Shown here in pieces: positions 1 to 9,500 of a DNA stretch of 15,881 bases. The translations under genes and the position numbers were made by a program. Positions within the stretch are counted from its first letter, which is position 1; each line of letters opens with the position of its first letter. The notes below the pieces were generated by a model. The model had not been told where the DNA came from and searched no databases. It saw only the letters and a list, made by a program, of their open reading frames with translations. Source of the stretch: a bacterium (GTDB taxonomy: Bacteria > Oederibacteriota > PGYV01 > Palsa-1178); NCBI GenBank assembly GCA_037138355.1, contig JBAXIL010000040.1, positions 1-15,881 of the forward strand, written 5' to 3'.

Positions 1-2530
1 GTACCTCTGGCACCTCAGGCGAAGCATCTACGCTTGCCTGCACCCCATAGCCATCACCCCACTTAATTTTTAGCTCAGGAATGTTGTTACCAACTGTCTT
101 TAATGTTGCCTCAAGATCAGACTGCGGTTTGCCATTAAACAATATTTTTTTAACTTTCAAAATATTTGAAGTCGTAACTGGAGTCTGCGCCTCCCCCAAG
201 AAAGCTTCCAAAGAATATTTAATGACTGCATTGGCTTCTAACATGTCATTAAATCTATAATTTTCAAGTTTTGCGTTTAATACAGATTTAATATCCGAAT
301 CATTTTTAACAGAGAAACTTCCAGTTGACTTAAAAGCACCTTTTTTTTGTCTAATATCTAATTGATTAATAGTAAACACATTATCAAATCCAGATATATC
401 AATTTTTGCGCCAGTATATATCCCCATGGAGTAAATGGTTTCAAGATTAATGTTACCTCCATAACCTGAAGCCTCTTTCTTTACAAATATTTTTCCATTA
501 ACCACTCCATTATCAAGCAGTTTAGTCCCTATTAGTTCACTTACAATCTCACCTTTTAGGGATTTTACATCAAAATTCACATCAAAAATTTTCTTAATTA
601 AAGATATTTTGCCCGAGCCCTTAAGATTATCATTAAAATTAACATCGTTTAGAGTTATTATATTATCAGCATATATTAGTGCAGCTTTAGCCTTGTAAAT
701 ACCATCTCTTATTTTAAGTTCTGGAATACTTAAGCGCATTTCTGCCTCTGGTTTTTCCTTTGTACCTTTAATAAGGACTGTTCCCCTTATCATACCATCT
801 ATATTTTTACCTTTTAAAAAACTCAAAGCCAAATCAGAAAGCATTATATCTTTGGCAGTGATAGTAATACTCAAAGAACCATCTTTAATCAGCACACCGC
901 CTTTTGCATTTATCAAAAGGTCTTTTCCATTTTGCAGTTTAAAATTAGAAATATTTATATTTTCATTAGTAATATCTATAGCAGATGTTAAATTCAATTT
1001 TTTATAATTTTTATACTCCATAAAACCGTTTAATGTTATTGCATTGCCATCTGCATTTACTTTAGCATTAATATTAGTTATATCATTTCCGCCATATTGA
1101 ATTTTCATAGATTTTATTTCGCCAAATAGCTTAGGTTTATCGATTGAACCCTGCACTTCAAGTAACAAGTCCATATTACCGTTTATTTCTCTATTGCCAG
1201 TTATGTTTTTAATATCTAATCCTGCTGCCGATATATGTAGATTATAGTTTTCCCTGCCTTTATTAAAATCAACTGTGCCACCACCATTTAAGTTGCTGCT
1301 TCCCACAAGTCCTTTAACTGATTCAAGTTTAATAATATTGTCTTTTAATGCTGCATTAATATTTAGGTCTTTAATAGGGGTCTTTTGTACTAAACCTTCA
1401 GGCAACACTATACTAAGATCACCCTGTTGTTTCACTTTGTTTCCGAAAAGACTTAGCTGTATCATTGCGGTGCCACTCAAATTTTTAGCATCAATTTCCC
1501 CAAGATTTATTCCATTTATTTCTGCTTTCGCCTTAAAATCCATATTTTCAAAAACATCATTTGCCGAGCCTTCCACAATTCCATTTCCTCCATAAACTTT
1601 AAAAGAAGCTTTGTTTATGGCAAGCTTATCACTATCTATTTCAAGATTTCCATTTATTTCTGTAACAGATATATTATTTTTTATTAAAATGTTTCCATTT
1701 TTTATTCCTCCATTACCATATACTTTTATTTGTTCTGGGGAAACTCCCGTACCTGAGACTGCCGCCTCAACAAAGAACTCCCCACTATTAATCGCGAAGT
1801 CTTTAGGTTGCATAAAATACGCTCCCCAATCATTTAGAGACGCATCAGAAATTTTAATATTTCCCCTAAACCTTGAGCTTCCTATATAATAATCAACATC
1901 TATCATAAAATTCTTTTTATTTGAATTTTTTGTCCTACCAGAAAGTGTCACACGAAGGAACATGGGATTTTCTTTCAGCACAATTTCTCCAGAAAAATCA
2001 TCTACATAAGAGCTAAAAGAATTATCTTTATCATCATAAATGATTTTACCTTTTTCAATAAAGACTTTACTTACTGGAAGTAACACATTTTCATTTTGAT
2101 TAGGAGAAGCAGGCATGACAAAGCTGGAGACAAAATCCATAAGATTGAAAGTTCCTTTTTCTTTTTTTACATTTATTAATGGGCTGTCTATTATTATGCT
2201 GGATAAAGTATTATTTATATCTTTTCTTCTATATATTAGGTCAAGCAGATTGAACCTTATTATTACAGCTTTGATAGAAGCAAACTCGCCTTTTTCTGCA
2301 AAAGTGGCTGCTACTGGCATAGAAACATCATGAACAACTATATTATTATATATTCCAAGTTCTATATTTCCGATTTTTACATCTTTTCCTGTATTTTTTT
2401 TAATTAGTGATATTACATAATTTCTCGCTTTTGCAGTAAAAATACCTGATTTTAAAGCAAATACAGCAAGTCCTGTTAACACAATAATCAAAACAAGAAG
2501 TATTAACATGATTTTTTTTAAAGTAGACAT
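1..2530 (-). CDS. Large AsmA/TamB-like (translocation and assembly module, beta-taco repeat) envelope protein, 3'-truncated by the window edge
   Basis: Not in the ORF track, presumably because it has no stop in the window. Hand translation from ATG at 2530 gives MSTLKKIMLILLVLIIVLTGLAVFALKSGIFTAKARNYVISLIKKNTGKDVKIGNIELGIYNNIVVHDV..., a single N-terminal signal anchor followed by Gly/Asn/Ile-rich amphipathic beta-strand sequence (e.g. AINKASFKVYGGNGIVEGSAN). Spot checks at ~600, ~1560 and 2-58 (GDGYGVQASVDASPEV) are all in the same frame, giving over 840 codons. The diagnostic C-terminal DUF490 domain would lie outside the window. Confidence 0.7.
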   Translation of the reverse strand, partial: MSTLKKIMLILLVLIIVLTGLAVFALKSGIFTAKARNYVISLIKKNTGKDVKIGNIELGIYNNIVVHDVSMPVAATFAEKGEFASIKAVIIRFNLLDLIYRRKDINNTLSSIIIDSPLINVKKEKGTFNLMDFVSSFVMPASPNQNENVLLPVSKVFIEKGKIIYDDKDNSFSSYVDDFSGEIVLKENPMFLRVTLSGRTKNSNKKNFMIDVDYYIGSSRFRGNIKISDASLNDWGAYFMQPKDFAINSGEFFVEAAVSGTGVSPEQIKVYGNGGIKNGNILIKNNISVTEINGNLEIDSDKLAINKASFKVYGGNGIVEGSANDVFENMDFKAKAEINGINLGEIDAKNLSGTAMIQLSLFGNKVKQQGDLSIVLPEGLVQKTPIKDLNINAALKDNIIKLESVKGLVGSSNLNGGGTVDFNKGRENYNLHISAAGLDIKNITGNREINGNMDLLLEVQGSIDKPKLFGEIKSMKIQYGGNDITNINAKVNADGNAITLNGFMEYKNYKKLNLTSAIDITNENINISNFKLQNGKDLLINAKGGVLIKDGSLSITITAKDIMLSDLALSFLKGKNIDGMIRGTVLIKGTKEKPEAEMRLSIPELKIRDGIYKAKAALIYADNIITLNDVNFNDNLKGSGKISLIKKIFDVNFDVKSLKGEIVSELIGTKLLDNGVVNGKIFVKKEASGYGGNINLETIYSMGIYTGAKIDISGFDNVFTINQLDIRQKKGAFKSTGSFSVKNDSDIKSVLNAKLENYRFNDMLEANAVIKYSLEAFLGEAQTPVTTSNILKVKKILFNGKPQSDLEATLKTVGNNIPELKIKWGDGYGVQASVDASPEVPEV

Positions 2531-2545
2531 TAATAGCTCAACGCT

Positions 2546-4975
2546 TTATTTTGTAGAAAAAACAAGGAGGTCTTTATCCCTGTCAACTTCCACAGCTTTG
2601 TCGGCGGAAAGTGAACCTGTAAGCAGTTTTTCTGCAAGTGGGTCCTCAAGAAGTTTTTGTATTGCTCTGCGTAGCGGTCTTGCCCCATAGGTGGGATCAT
2701 AGCCATGCTCTATAAGTAAATCCTTAGCCCCATCACTAAGCTTTAATTTAATAAATTTTTCATTAAGCCTTTTGGTTATATCAAAAATCATTATGTCCAC
2801 TACTCGTCTCAAATCTTCCTTTGTCAAAGAGTGAAACACTATCATTTCATCTATTCTGTTTATGAACTCCGGGTTCATTATCTTTTTAACCTCTTCTAAA
2901 ACTCTTTCTTTCATTTTTTCATAAGGTATCTCATCGTCGCTTTTATTAAACCCAAGCGATTTTCCGCGCTCTGCATACTTTGAACCAATATTTGAAGTAA
3001 TAATAATAACCGTATTTTTAAAATCTATAGTCCTACCAACTGAATCAGTCAGCCTTCCACTTTCAAGTACCTGAAGCAATATATTAAAAACTTCTGGGTG
3101 GGCTTTTTCAATCTCGTCAAAAAGCACAACCGAATACGGTCTGCGTCTTACTTTTTCAGTCAACTGTCCGCCATCTTCGTGACCGACATATCCTGGAGGC
3201 GCTCCCACCAAACGCGAAACAGAAAACTTTTCCATATATTCCGACATATCTATCCTTATCAAAGCTTCTCTATCTTCAAATAATATTTTTGCTAATGTCC
3301 TCGCAACCTCTGTTTTACCGACGCCAGTAGGACCTAAAAATATAAATGTACCTATAGGTTTATTTGGATCAGACATACCCGAACGCGAACGGCGAATAGA
3401 GCGGGAAATAGCTTTTATCGCCTCGTCCTGACCTATTACACGCGTGTGAAACTCGTCTTCCATTTTCATTAATTTTTCTGATTCTTTTTCTTCAAGCTTT
3501 ATAAGAGGTATGCCTGTCTGCTTAGATATTATATATGCGATATCATCCGCTTTTACAACAGGGGTCTTTCTAACTTTAGAGCTTTCATGTTTTTTACGAA
3601 CTTCATCGCGTCTGCGCTGAAGTTCATTTATCTTATCTCTCATAATAGCTGCTTTTTCGTATTCCTGCGAATTTACCACAACTGCGCGTTCCTTCTCAAC
3701 CTGAGCAATTTCTTTGTCTATTTCTCTTATATCTTCTGGAATGGTTGTCGCATAAAGCCTTGCTCGCGAGCCTGCCTCGTCTATGACATCAATTGCTTTG
3801 TCAGGTAAAAATCTTTCTGTGATATATCTATCGGAAAGCTTTGCTGCTGCCTCTATGGCTTCATCTGATATTTTTACTTTATGATGAGCCTCATATCTAT
3901 CACGCAATCCTTTTATGATTTCTATAGTTTCATCCACGGAAGGAGCTTTGACTTTTACCTGCTGAAATCTGCGTTCTAAAGCGCCATCTTTTTCTATGTG
4001 TTTTCTATATTCATTAAGAGTAGTTGCACCCACACACTGAAACTCTCCACGCGATAAAGCAGGTTTTAACATATTGGAAGCATCTATGGAACCTTCAGCT
4101 GCACCTGCGCCAACTAAGGTGTGTATCTCATCTATGAAAAGTATCACCGTATTACCTGCGTGACGAACTTCATTAATTATAGTTTTCAACCGTTCTTCAA
4201 ACTCTCCTCTATACTTTGTTCCAGCTACAACCGCTGCCAAATCCAAAGTCACCACTCTTCTATTTAATAAAAGTTCAGGGACTTCACCTTTTATTATTTT
4301 TTGAGCGAGACCTTCCACTATAGCTGTTTTTCCAACTCCTGGCTCACCTATCAATACTGGATTATTTTTTGTTCTTCTCGATAATATCTGAATCACTCTT
4401 TCTAACTCATCATTTCTTCCTATGACAGGGTCTAACTTATTATCGCGAGCCAAAGCAGTTAAATCTCTTCCAAAATTATCAAGAGTTGGAGTTGTAGTAC
4501 GAGCTCCAGGATGTGCAGCATATTTAGTTGGGGCACTTGTCCCGAGTATAGATATAGTCATTTCTTTTGCTTTGCGATAATTAATACCCATGCCTATTAA
4601 AACACGCGCCGCTATTCCATCACTTTCTTTTAATAGTCCGAGCAATAAATGTTCTGTGCCAATATAATTATGACCAAGTGTCTGAGATTCTTCTGCCGCG
4701 AGTTCAAAAACTTTTTTTGTTTGCGGCATAAATGGAATTTCTCCAGCAATCATAGTTGGGCCAGTAGTTTCAATCAAACGATCTTCAATCTCTGTTTTTA
4801 ATTTATCAATATCTATGCTCAAAGAATCAAGCACTGCCGCAGCAATCCCACCAGCATCCTTAATGATACCTAAAAGCACATGTTCTGTTCCTAAATAATC
4901 ATGTCCTAACCTTTGTGCCTCTTCTTTGGCTAAAGCAATTACTTTCTTTGCCCTGTCTGTGAATTTGTCATACAT
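2546..4975 (-). CDS. clpC: ATP-dependent Clp protease ATP-binding subunit ClpC
   Basis: Two Clp-N repeats ([18 protein letters not shown]), Walker A motifs GEPGVGKT and GPTGVGKT, Walker B motifs LFIDEIH and VLFDEIEK, pore loops KYRGEFEER and GYVG, a short UVR-type coiled-coil M domain, and a ClpP-docking SLGF loop. The start is moved from the track's TTG at 5005 to ATG at 4975 ([11 protein letters not shown]), which has an AGAGG SD upstream. Confidence 0.95.
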   Translation of the reverse strand: MYDKFTDRAKKVIALAKEEAQRLGHDYLGTEHVLLGIIKDAGGIAAAVLDSLSIDIDKLKTEIEDRLIETTGPTMIAGEIPFMPQTKKVFELAAEESQTLGHNYIGTEHLLLGLLKESDGIAARVLIGMGINYRKAKEMTISILGTSAPTKYAAHPGARTTTPTLDNFGRDLTALARDNKLDPVIGRNDELERVIQILSRRTKNNPVLIGEPGVGKTAIVEGLAQKIIKGEVPELLLNRRVVTLDLAAVVAGTKYRGEFEERLKTIINEVRHAGNTVILFIDEIHTLVGAGAAEGSIDASNMLKPALSRGEFQCVGATTLNEYRKHIEKDGALERRFQQVKVKAPSVDETIEIIKGLRDRYEAHHKVKISDEAIEAAAKLSDRYITERFLPDKAIDVIDEAGSRARLYATTIPEDIREIDKEIAQVEKERAVVVNSQEYEKAAIMRDKINELQRRRDEVRKKHESSKVRKTPVVKADDIAYIISKQTGIPLIKLEEKESEKLMKMEDEFHTRVIGQDEAIKAISRSIRRSRSGMSDPNKPIGTFIFLGPTGVGKTEVARTLAKILFEDREALIRIDMSEYMEKFSVSRLVGAPPGYVGHEDGGQLTEKVRRRPYSVVLFDEIEKAHPEVFNILLQVLESGRLTDSVGRTIDFKNTVIIITSNIGSKYAERGKSLGFNKSDDEIPYEKMKERVLEEVKKIMNPEFINRIDEMIVFHSLTKEDLRRVVDIMIFDITKRLNEKFIKLKLSDGAKDLLIEHGYDPTYGARPLRRAIQKLLEDPLAEKLLTGSLSADKAVEVDRDKDLLVFSTK

Positions 4976-4991
4976 GTTTGAACCTCTTTGA

Positions 4992-5038
4992 AGTCCATAG
5001 CCCAAATAAAATATTTAATACGAGCTATGAACTATGAA
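4992..5038. repeat. Heptamer repeat (GCTATGA/ACTATGA) forming an imperfect inverted repeat upstream of clpC
   Basis: In the minus-strand transcript, AGTTCATAGCTCG (5033-5021) can pair with TGGGCTATGGACT (5004-4992) over 13 bp including G-U pairs. TTCATAG occurs twice in tandem. Confidence 0.55.
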
Positions 5039-5045
5039 ATTAGTT

Positions 5046-5915
5046 TTAGACTACCTTAACGCCTATTGTCTTAGTGACACCGTGGAACATATCCTGGAGT
5101 TTCTTTGTTATTGTTCCAGGTTTTCCTGTCCCTATTATTCTGGCATCTATTTTCACAACAGGTATTACTTCAGCAGCCGTGCCCGTCAAAAAACATTCAT
5201 CTGCTGTGTATAGATCATATCTTGTCATAATTTTTTCTTCAACTTTAATACCCGCTTCACGCGCAAGCACCATAACTGTATCACGCGTAATACCATCTAA
5301 AACACCTGCAGATAAATCAGGTGTTATTAATTTTCCTTTTTTAATAATAAATACATTGTCTCCTGTCGCTTCAGCCACATAGCCCTGTTGATTTATCATA
5401 ATAGCTTCAGGCGAACCATGATTTGCTGCTTCTATCTTTGCCATAATATTATTTAAATAATTTAGAGATTTTATCTTTGGGTCCAAAGCTTCTGCAACTG
5501 AACGCCTTACTGCCACTGTAGTAATCGATAAACCATTTAAACAATGTTCTTCTGGATACAGTGTAATCTTTCCTACTATAATAAAATAAAAAGATTCTTT
5601 ACATTTTCTTGGATCAAGACCTAAATCTCCTACACCTCTGGTAACCACAAGTCGTATATACCCATCTGGAAGGCCGTTGGCCTTAACAGTCTTAACTGTT
5701 TCTTCAATCATTTTTTCTTTTGACATATTTATATTTAACATTATTACTTTAGCAGAATCATAGAGCCGTTCTATATGTTCTTCGAGTTTAAAAATATTAT
5801 TACTATAAACCCTAATACCTTCAAACACACCGTCACCATATAATAAACCATGATCAAATACCGAAACCACTGCGAGTTCCTGGGCTACTAATTTTCCGTT
5901 TAAATTGATAATCAT
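5046..5915 (-). CDS. ilvE: Branched-chain amino acid aminotransferase (PLP fold type IV)
   Basis: Motifs FDHGLLYGDGVFEGIRVY, YIRLVVTRG, KSLNYLNN (PLP lysine), EATGDNVF, LDGITR and ADECFLTGTAAEVIPV. SD CAGGAG lies inside the end of lolD. Confidence 0.92.
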   Translation of the reverse strand: MIINLNGKLVAQELAVVSVFDHGLLYGDGVFEGIRVYSNNIFKLEEHIERLYDSAKVIMLNINMSKEKMIEETVKTVKANGLPDGYIRLVVTRGVGDLGLDPRKCKESFYFIIVGKITLYPEEHCLNGLSITTVAVRRSVAEALDPKIKSLNYLNNIMAKIEAANHGSPEAIMINQQGYVAEATGDNVFIIKKGKLITPDLSAGVLDGITRDTVMVLAREAGIKVEEKIMTRYDLYTADECFLTGTAAEVIPVVKIDARIIGTGKPGTITKKLQDMFHGVTKTIGVKVV

Positions 5916-5917
5916 TT

Positions 5918-6616
5918 TCAGCGCTCCTGCTTTCCATTTTTTATTTTTGATATATAACCATCATCTATTACTATCACCCTGTTTCCGTAAGCGGTCAGGG
6001 CGTCATTATGAGTAACTATCACAAATGTCTGTTTAAAACTTTTATTAAAATCAAGTATAATTTTATGTATGATTTCTGCATTGTGCTTGTCCAAATTGCC
6101 AGTAGGTTCATCTGCGAAAACGATGTCAGGGTCATTAATTAATGCCCTGGCAATTGCCACTCTCTGCTGTTCTCCACCTGATAATTCAGACGGCCTGTGT
6201 AACAATCTACCACCTAAACCTATGGTTATCAATATCTTTTTTGCCTTCTCTGTAGCCACTTTTCGGCCTGCCCCTGCCATAAACGCAGGTATCATCACAT
6301 TTTCTAAAGCAGTAAACTCAGGAAGTAAATGATGAAACTGGAACACAAAGCCTAAGCGTCTATTACGCAAAGCAGCTAACTTATCATCATTTAAGGAATA
6401 TATATCTTCATTGGATATAAGCACTTTCCCCTGCGTTGGACGGGAAAGACCGCCAAGTATAGAAAGCAATGTGCTTTTGCCAGCCCCAGAAGCTCCTATT
6501 AACATTATTAGTTCGCCACGATTTATCTCGAGGTTAATGTCTTTCAAAACATTCAACTGATTTTTTCCTGTAATAAAACTTTTTCTTATATCTCTGGCAT
6601 TTAAAATGCTACTCAT
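5918..6616 (-). CDS. lolD: Lipoprotein-releasing ABC transporter ATP-binding protein LolD
   Basis: Walker A GASGAGKST, GFVFQFHHLLPEFTALENV, signature LSGGEQQRVAIARAL, ADEPTGNLD and the VTH switch. Overlaps the upstream lolC/E gene by 8 bp. Confidence 0.88.
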   Translation of the reverse strand: MSSILNARDIRKSFITGKNQLNVLKDINLEINRGELIMLIGASGAGKSTLLSILGGLSRPTQGKVLISNEDIYSLNDDKLAALRNRRLGFVFQFHHLLPEFTALENVMIPAFMAGAGRKVATEKAKKILITIGLGGRLLHRPSELSGGEQQRVAIARALINDPDIVFADEPTGNLDKHNAEIIHKIILDFNKSFKQTFVIVTHNDALTAYGNRVIVIDDGYISKIKNGKQER

Positions 6617-7847
6617 ATCTTATCGCCTCCACTGGGTCAAGCTTGGAGGCCTGATAAGCAGGATATAGGGTAGCAAGAAAAGAAATAAATATTGATACTA
6701 AAGGTATAATAAGAACTTCCCTAAACTTAAGCGAAACAGCGAGCTTATCTATATAGTAAACGCTGCCACCGCCTGGCATAGCAATCGGGTGCTGCTTTAA
6801 AAATATACAAATTGCCACTCCAATCGCAAAACCTATAAGCGAACCTAAAATACCAGTCATGAGTCCCTGTATTACAAAAATAGCTCTTATATCAGAATTA
6901 TTTGCTCCCATTGATTTAAGAATTCCTATATCTTTTGTCTTTCGCATAACCACCATTATAAGAGTACTCGCGATATTAAAAGCCGCTACAAGCACAATAA
7001 GAATCAAAATAATAAACATGGCAAGTTTTTCAATTTTTAAAGCGGAAAATAAGTTTTGATTCATCGACATCCAATCGCGAGCCCAAATATTTTTGAACTT
7101 TCTTTTTATCTCAGCAGCGATGATAGAAGAGTTTTCAATCTCATCTGCTTTGACCGCGATGCCTGTCACCGTATCAGTACCCTTATCAAAAAGTTTCTGT
7201 GCTGTTTCTATAGAGACATAAGCAAAAGTTGTATCCGAGTCATACATTCCAGATTCAAACACCCCAACTATTTTCATTTTATTCATTTTAGGCATCATGC
7301 CAGATGGCGTTTTATAAAAAACCGGAGATATGATAATAACATCATCACCTAAATCCGCTCCAAGTATATTCATTAATTCCTTCCCAAGTATTATTCCGCG
7401 GGTATTGTCTGGTAATGTTTTAGTTATAGAATCTAAATTCCCCTTTTTTATGTTTTCCCCGAGCTTATTTACTTTTGAAATACTTTCTGGATTTACTCCC
7501 CAAAGGACAAGACCTTGAACTTTATCGCCATACTTTACCATGGCTTGAGCCATAAAATAGGGTGCGGCAGCTTTCACATGTTCAATATTTTTTATTTTAT
7601 CAACCACTGAATTATAGTCAGGTATGCCTTCTTTGAAATAAGACATGGCAATTACATGTGCATTTGAACCTACTATTTTGTCGCGTATATCCTCATGAAA
7701 ACCGTTCATAACTGAAATAACCACTATCAAAGCCGTAACACCAAGTGCAATGCCAGCTACGGATATAAAGCTGATAATGTTTATGAACCCCTGTTTTTTT
7801 GCCATTAGGTAACGAAGCCCAATGAAAAACGCATAAGCTTTTGCCAT
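6609..7847 (-). CDS. lolC: Lipoprotein-releasing ABC transporter permease (single LolC/E, LolF-type)
   Basis: N-terminal RYL..KK..F...IS.ISVAGIALGVTALIVVISVMNGF motif, periplasmic domain, VAAFNIASTLIMVV..KTKDIGILKSMGA, and C-terminal ATLYPAYQASKLDPVEAIRYE. SD CAGGAG. Follows lysS and precedes lolD. Confidence 0.88.
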   Translation of the reverse strand: MAKAYAFFIGLRYLMAKKQGFINIISFISVAGIALGVTALIVVISVMNGFHEDIRDKIVGSNAHVIAMSYFKEGIPDYNSVVDKIKNIEHVKAAAPYFMAQAMVKYGDKVQGLVLWGVNPESISKVNKLGENIKKGNLDSITKTLPDNTRGIILGKELMNILGADLGDDVIIISPVFYKTPSGMMPKMNKMKIVGVFESGMYDSDTTFAYVSIETAQKLFDKGTDTVTGIAVKADEIENSSIIAAEIKRKFKNIWARDWMSMNQNLFSALKIEKLAMFIILILIVLVAAFNIASTLIMVVMRKTKDIGILKSMGANNSDIRAIFVIQGLMTGILGSLIGFAIGVAICIFLKQHPIAMPGGGSVYYIDKLAVSLKFREVLIIPLVSIFISFLATLYPAYQASKLDPVEAIRYE

Positions 7848-7876
7848 AAAAAACTCCTGTTAATACAGATTGGGAA

Positions 7877-7973
7877 GTTTAAAGTTTAGAGTTTGAAGAT
7901 ATCTTAAAACTCTAAACTTGTATCTTTAAACTTAAAACTCCAAACTCATATCTCCAAACTTGCAATTTATATC
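7877..7973. repeat. Inverted array of degenerate heptamer repeats (TYYAAAC-like) between lysS and lolC/E
   Basis: GTTTAAA GTTTAGA GTTTGAA GAT|ATC TTAAAAC TCTAAAC TTGTATC TTTAAAC TTAAAAC TCCAAAC TCATATC TCCAAAC TTGCAAT TTATATC. Positions 7882-7919 form a 38-bp palindrome with one mismatched pair, centred on GATATC. Confidence 0.85.
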
Positions 7974-7982
7974 TGCCTTTAT

Positions 7983-9500
7983 CTACTTTCCCCTCATTAG
8001 TGGAAATAAAATTACATCCCTTATAGATGCTGCGTTTGTAAAAAACATAACAATTCTATCTATACCCATACCAAGTCCGCCTGCTGGTGGCATACCGTAT
8101 TTGAGTGCTTCCACATAATCTTCATCTATTGTTTTTGCTACTTCTCCATGTGTGTCCATGTCTATCTGTGCCCTAAAACGCGCTTCCTGATCTTCGGCAT
8201 CATTTAATTCAGAAAAGCCGTTTCCTATTTCTCTTCCAAATATGTAAGGTTCAAACCTTTCTACTATTGCAGGATTTGTTCTGTTTACTTTTGATAGCGG
8301 AGATACTTCTACTGGAAAATCAGTTATGAAAACCGGTTGTATGAGTTTTGCTTCTACAAACTCATCAAACAAACAAGTAACGAGTTCGCCTCTGGTGATA
8401 CCCGCTCTTATTTGTATTTCCTTTTTCTTCAGCATTTCTATAATCTCCGCATCACTCATCTTGTCCACATCTATATTTGCATATTCTTTTATGGAACCGG
8501 TCATTGATATTTTTTTCCATGGTGGAGACATATCAATTTTTTCTCCCTGATACTCAAACACTCTGGTACCGAGTATAGTATCTGCCAAATGAACCATAAT
8601 ATCTTCACACATTTGCATTACACCCTTATAATCTGTATACGCTTCATACAGCTCAAGCATAGTAAACTCAGGATTGTGTTTTATTGACAGCCCTTCATTT
8701 CTAAAATTTCTATTTATCTCGTACACTTTTTCAAAGCCGCCCACTATAAGTCTTTTCAAATATAGTTCTGGAGCAATTCTCATAAAGAGCTCCATATCAA
8801 GTGCATTATGATGTGTCATAAAAGGTTTTGCTTTTGCTCCGCCAGGTATGGTGTGCATCATAGGTGTTTCAACTTCCAGAAAACCCTTCGCATCTAAGTA
8901 GTTTCGTATTTCTTTTGTTATTCTCGTTCTTATTTCAAATGTTTTTCTAACTTCATCATTGGCGATCAAATCAAGGTAACGCTTTCTGTACCTTATTTCC
9001 TTATCTTTTAAACCATGAAACTTCTCTGGCATAGGTAATAACGATTTGGTAAGTAGTTCTATTTTTGCTGCCTTCACAGTTAGCTCACCAGTTCTGGTTT
9101 TAAATACCGCACCAGTTATGCCAACGATATCTCCTATATCAAACTTTTTAAACAAGCTATACATTTCATCCCCTACTACATCTTTCTTTATATAAATTTG
9201 CATGGAGCCAGAAAAATCTTTTACATTTGCAAATGTCGATTTGCCGTGTTCTCTAATACTGACTAATCTTCCAGCAATACTTTCTTGAATTGTCCCTTCC
9301 GTTCCTTCAACTACGGCTGAGTTTCTTTCTTTCACTTGTTCTACAAGTCCAGTTCTTTTAAACTCATACCCATATGGCTGTATGCCATGTTCTTTTAGAA
9401 ATATTAGATTATCTTTCTTACTTTTAATAACTTCAGACTCTTTTGCCGCATGCTGTTCTGGGGTTAATGGTATTTCAGGGGTTTCATTATTTTCGCTCAT
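7983..9500 (-). CDS. lysS: Lysine--tRNA ligase (class II)
   Basis: OB-fold anticodon-binding domain, RYRKRYLDLI, FLEVETPMM, GGAKAKPF.THHNALD, RIAPELYLKRLIVGG, motif 2 FRNEG...HNPEFTMLE and motif 3 GMPPAGGLGMGIDR. ATGA overlap with the upstream PHP gene. Confidence 0.97.
   Translation of the reverse strand: MSENNETPEIPLTPEQHAAKESEVIKSKKDNLIFLKEHGIQPYGYEFKRTGLVEQVKERNSAVVEGTEGTIQESIAGRLVSIREHGKSTFANVKDFSGSMQIYIKKDVVGDEMYSLFKKFDIGDIVGITGAVFKTRTGELTVKAAKIELLTKSLLPMPEKFHGLKDKEIRYRKRYLDLIANDEVRKTFEIRTRITKEIRNYLDAKGFLEVETPMMHTIPGGAKAKPFMTHHNALDMELFMRIAPELYLKRLIVGGFEKVYEINRNFRNEGLSIKHNPEFTMLELYEAYTDYKGVMQMCEDIMVHLADTILGTRVFEYQGEKIDMSPPWKKISMTGSIKEYANIDVDKMSDAEIIEMLKKKEIQIRAGITRGELVTCLFDEFVEAKLIQPVFITDFPVEVSPLSKVNRTNPAIVERFEPYIFGREIGNGFSELNDAEDQEARFRAQIDMDTHGEVAKTIDEDYVEALKYGMPPAGGLGMGIDRIVMFFTNAASIRDVILFPLMRGK

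Noticed and set aside
4976..5005. N-terminal extension MGYGLQRGSN of ClpC from TTG 5005
   Set aside because: Homology starts at [12 protein letters not shown] 4975 has an SD, and the extension overlaps an intergenic hairpin.
5021..5038. CtsR operator upstream of clpC
   Set aside because: The tandem heptamer is TTCATAG, which does not match the RGTCAAA-NAN-RGTCAAA consensus or spacing.
7877..7973. Possible CRISPR array or iteron origin
   Set aside because: Units are 7 bp, contiguous and degenerate with no unique spacers, and there is no cas or rep gene nearby.
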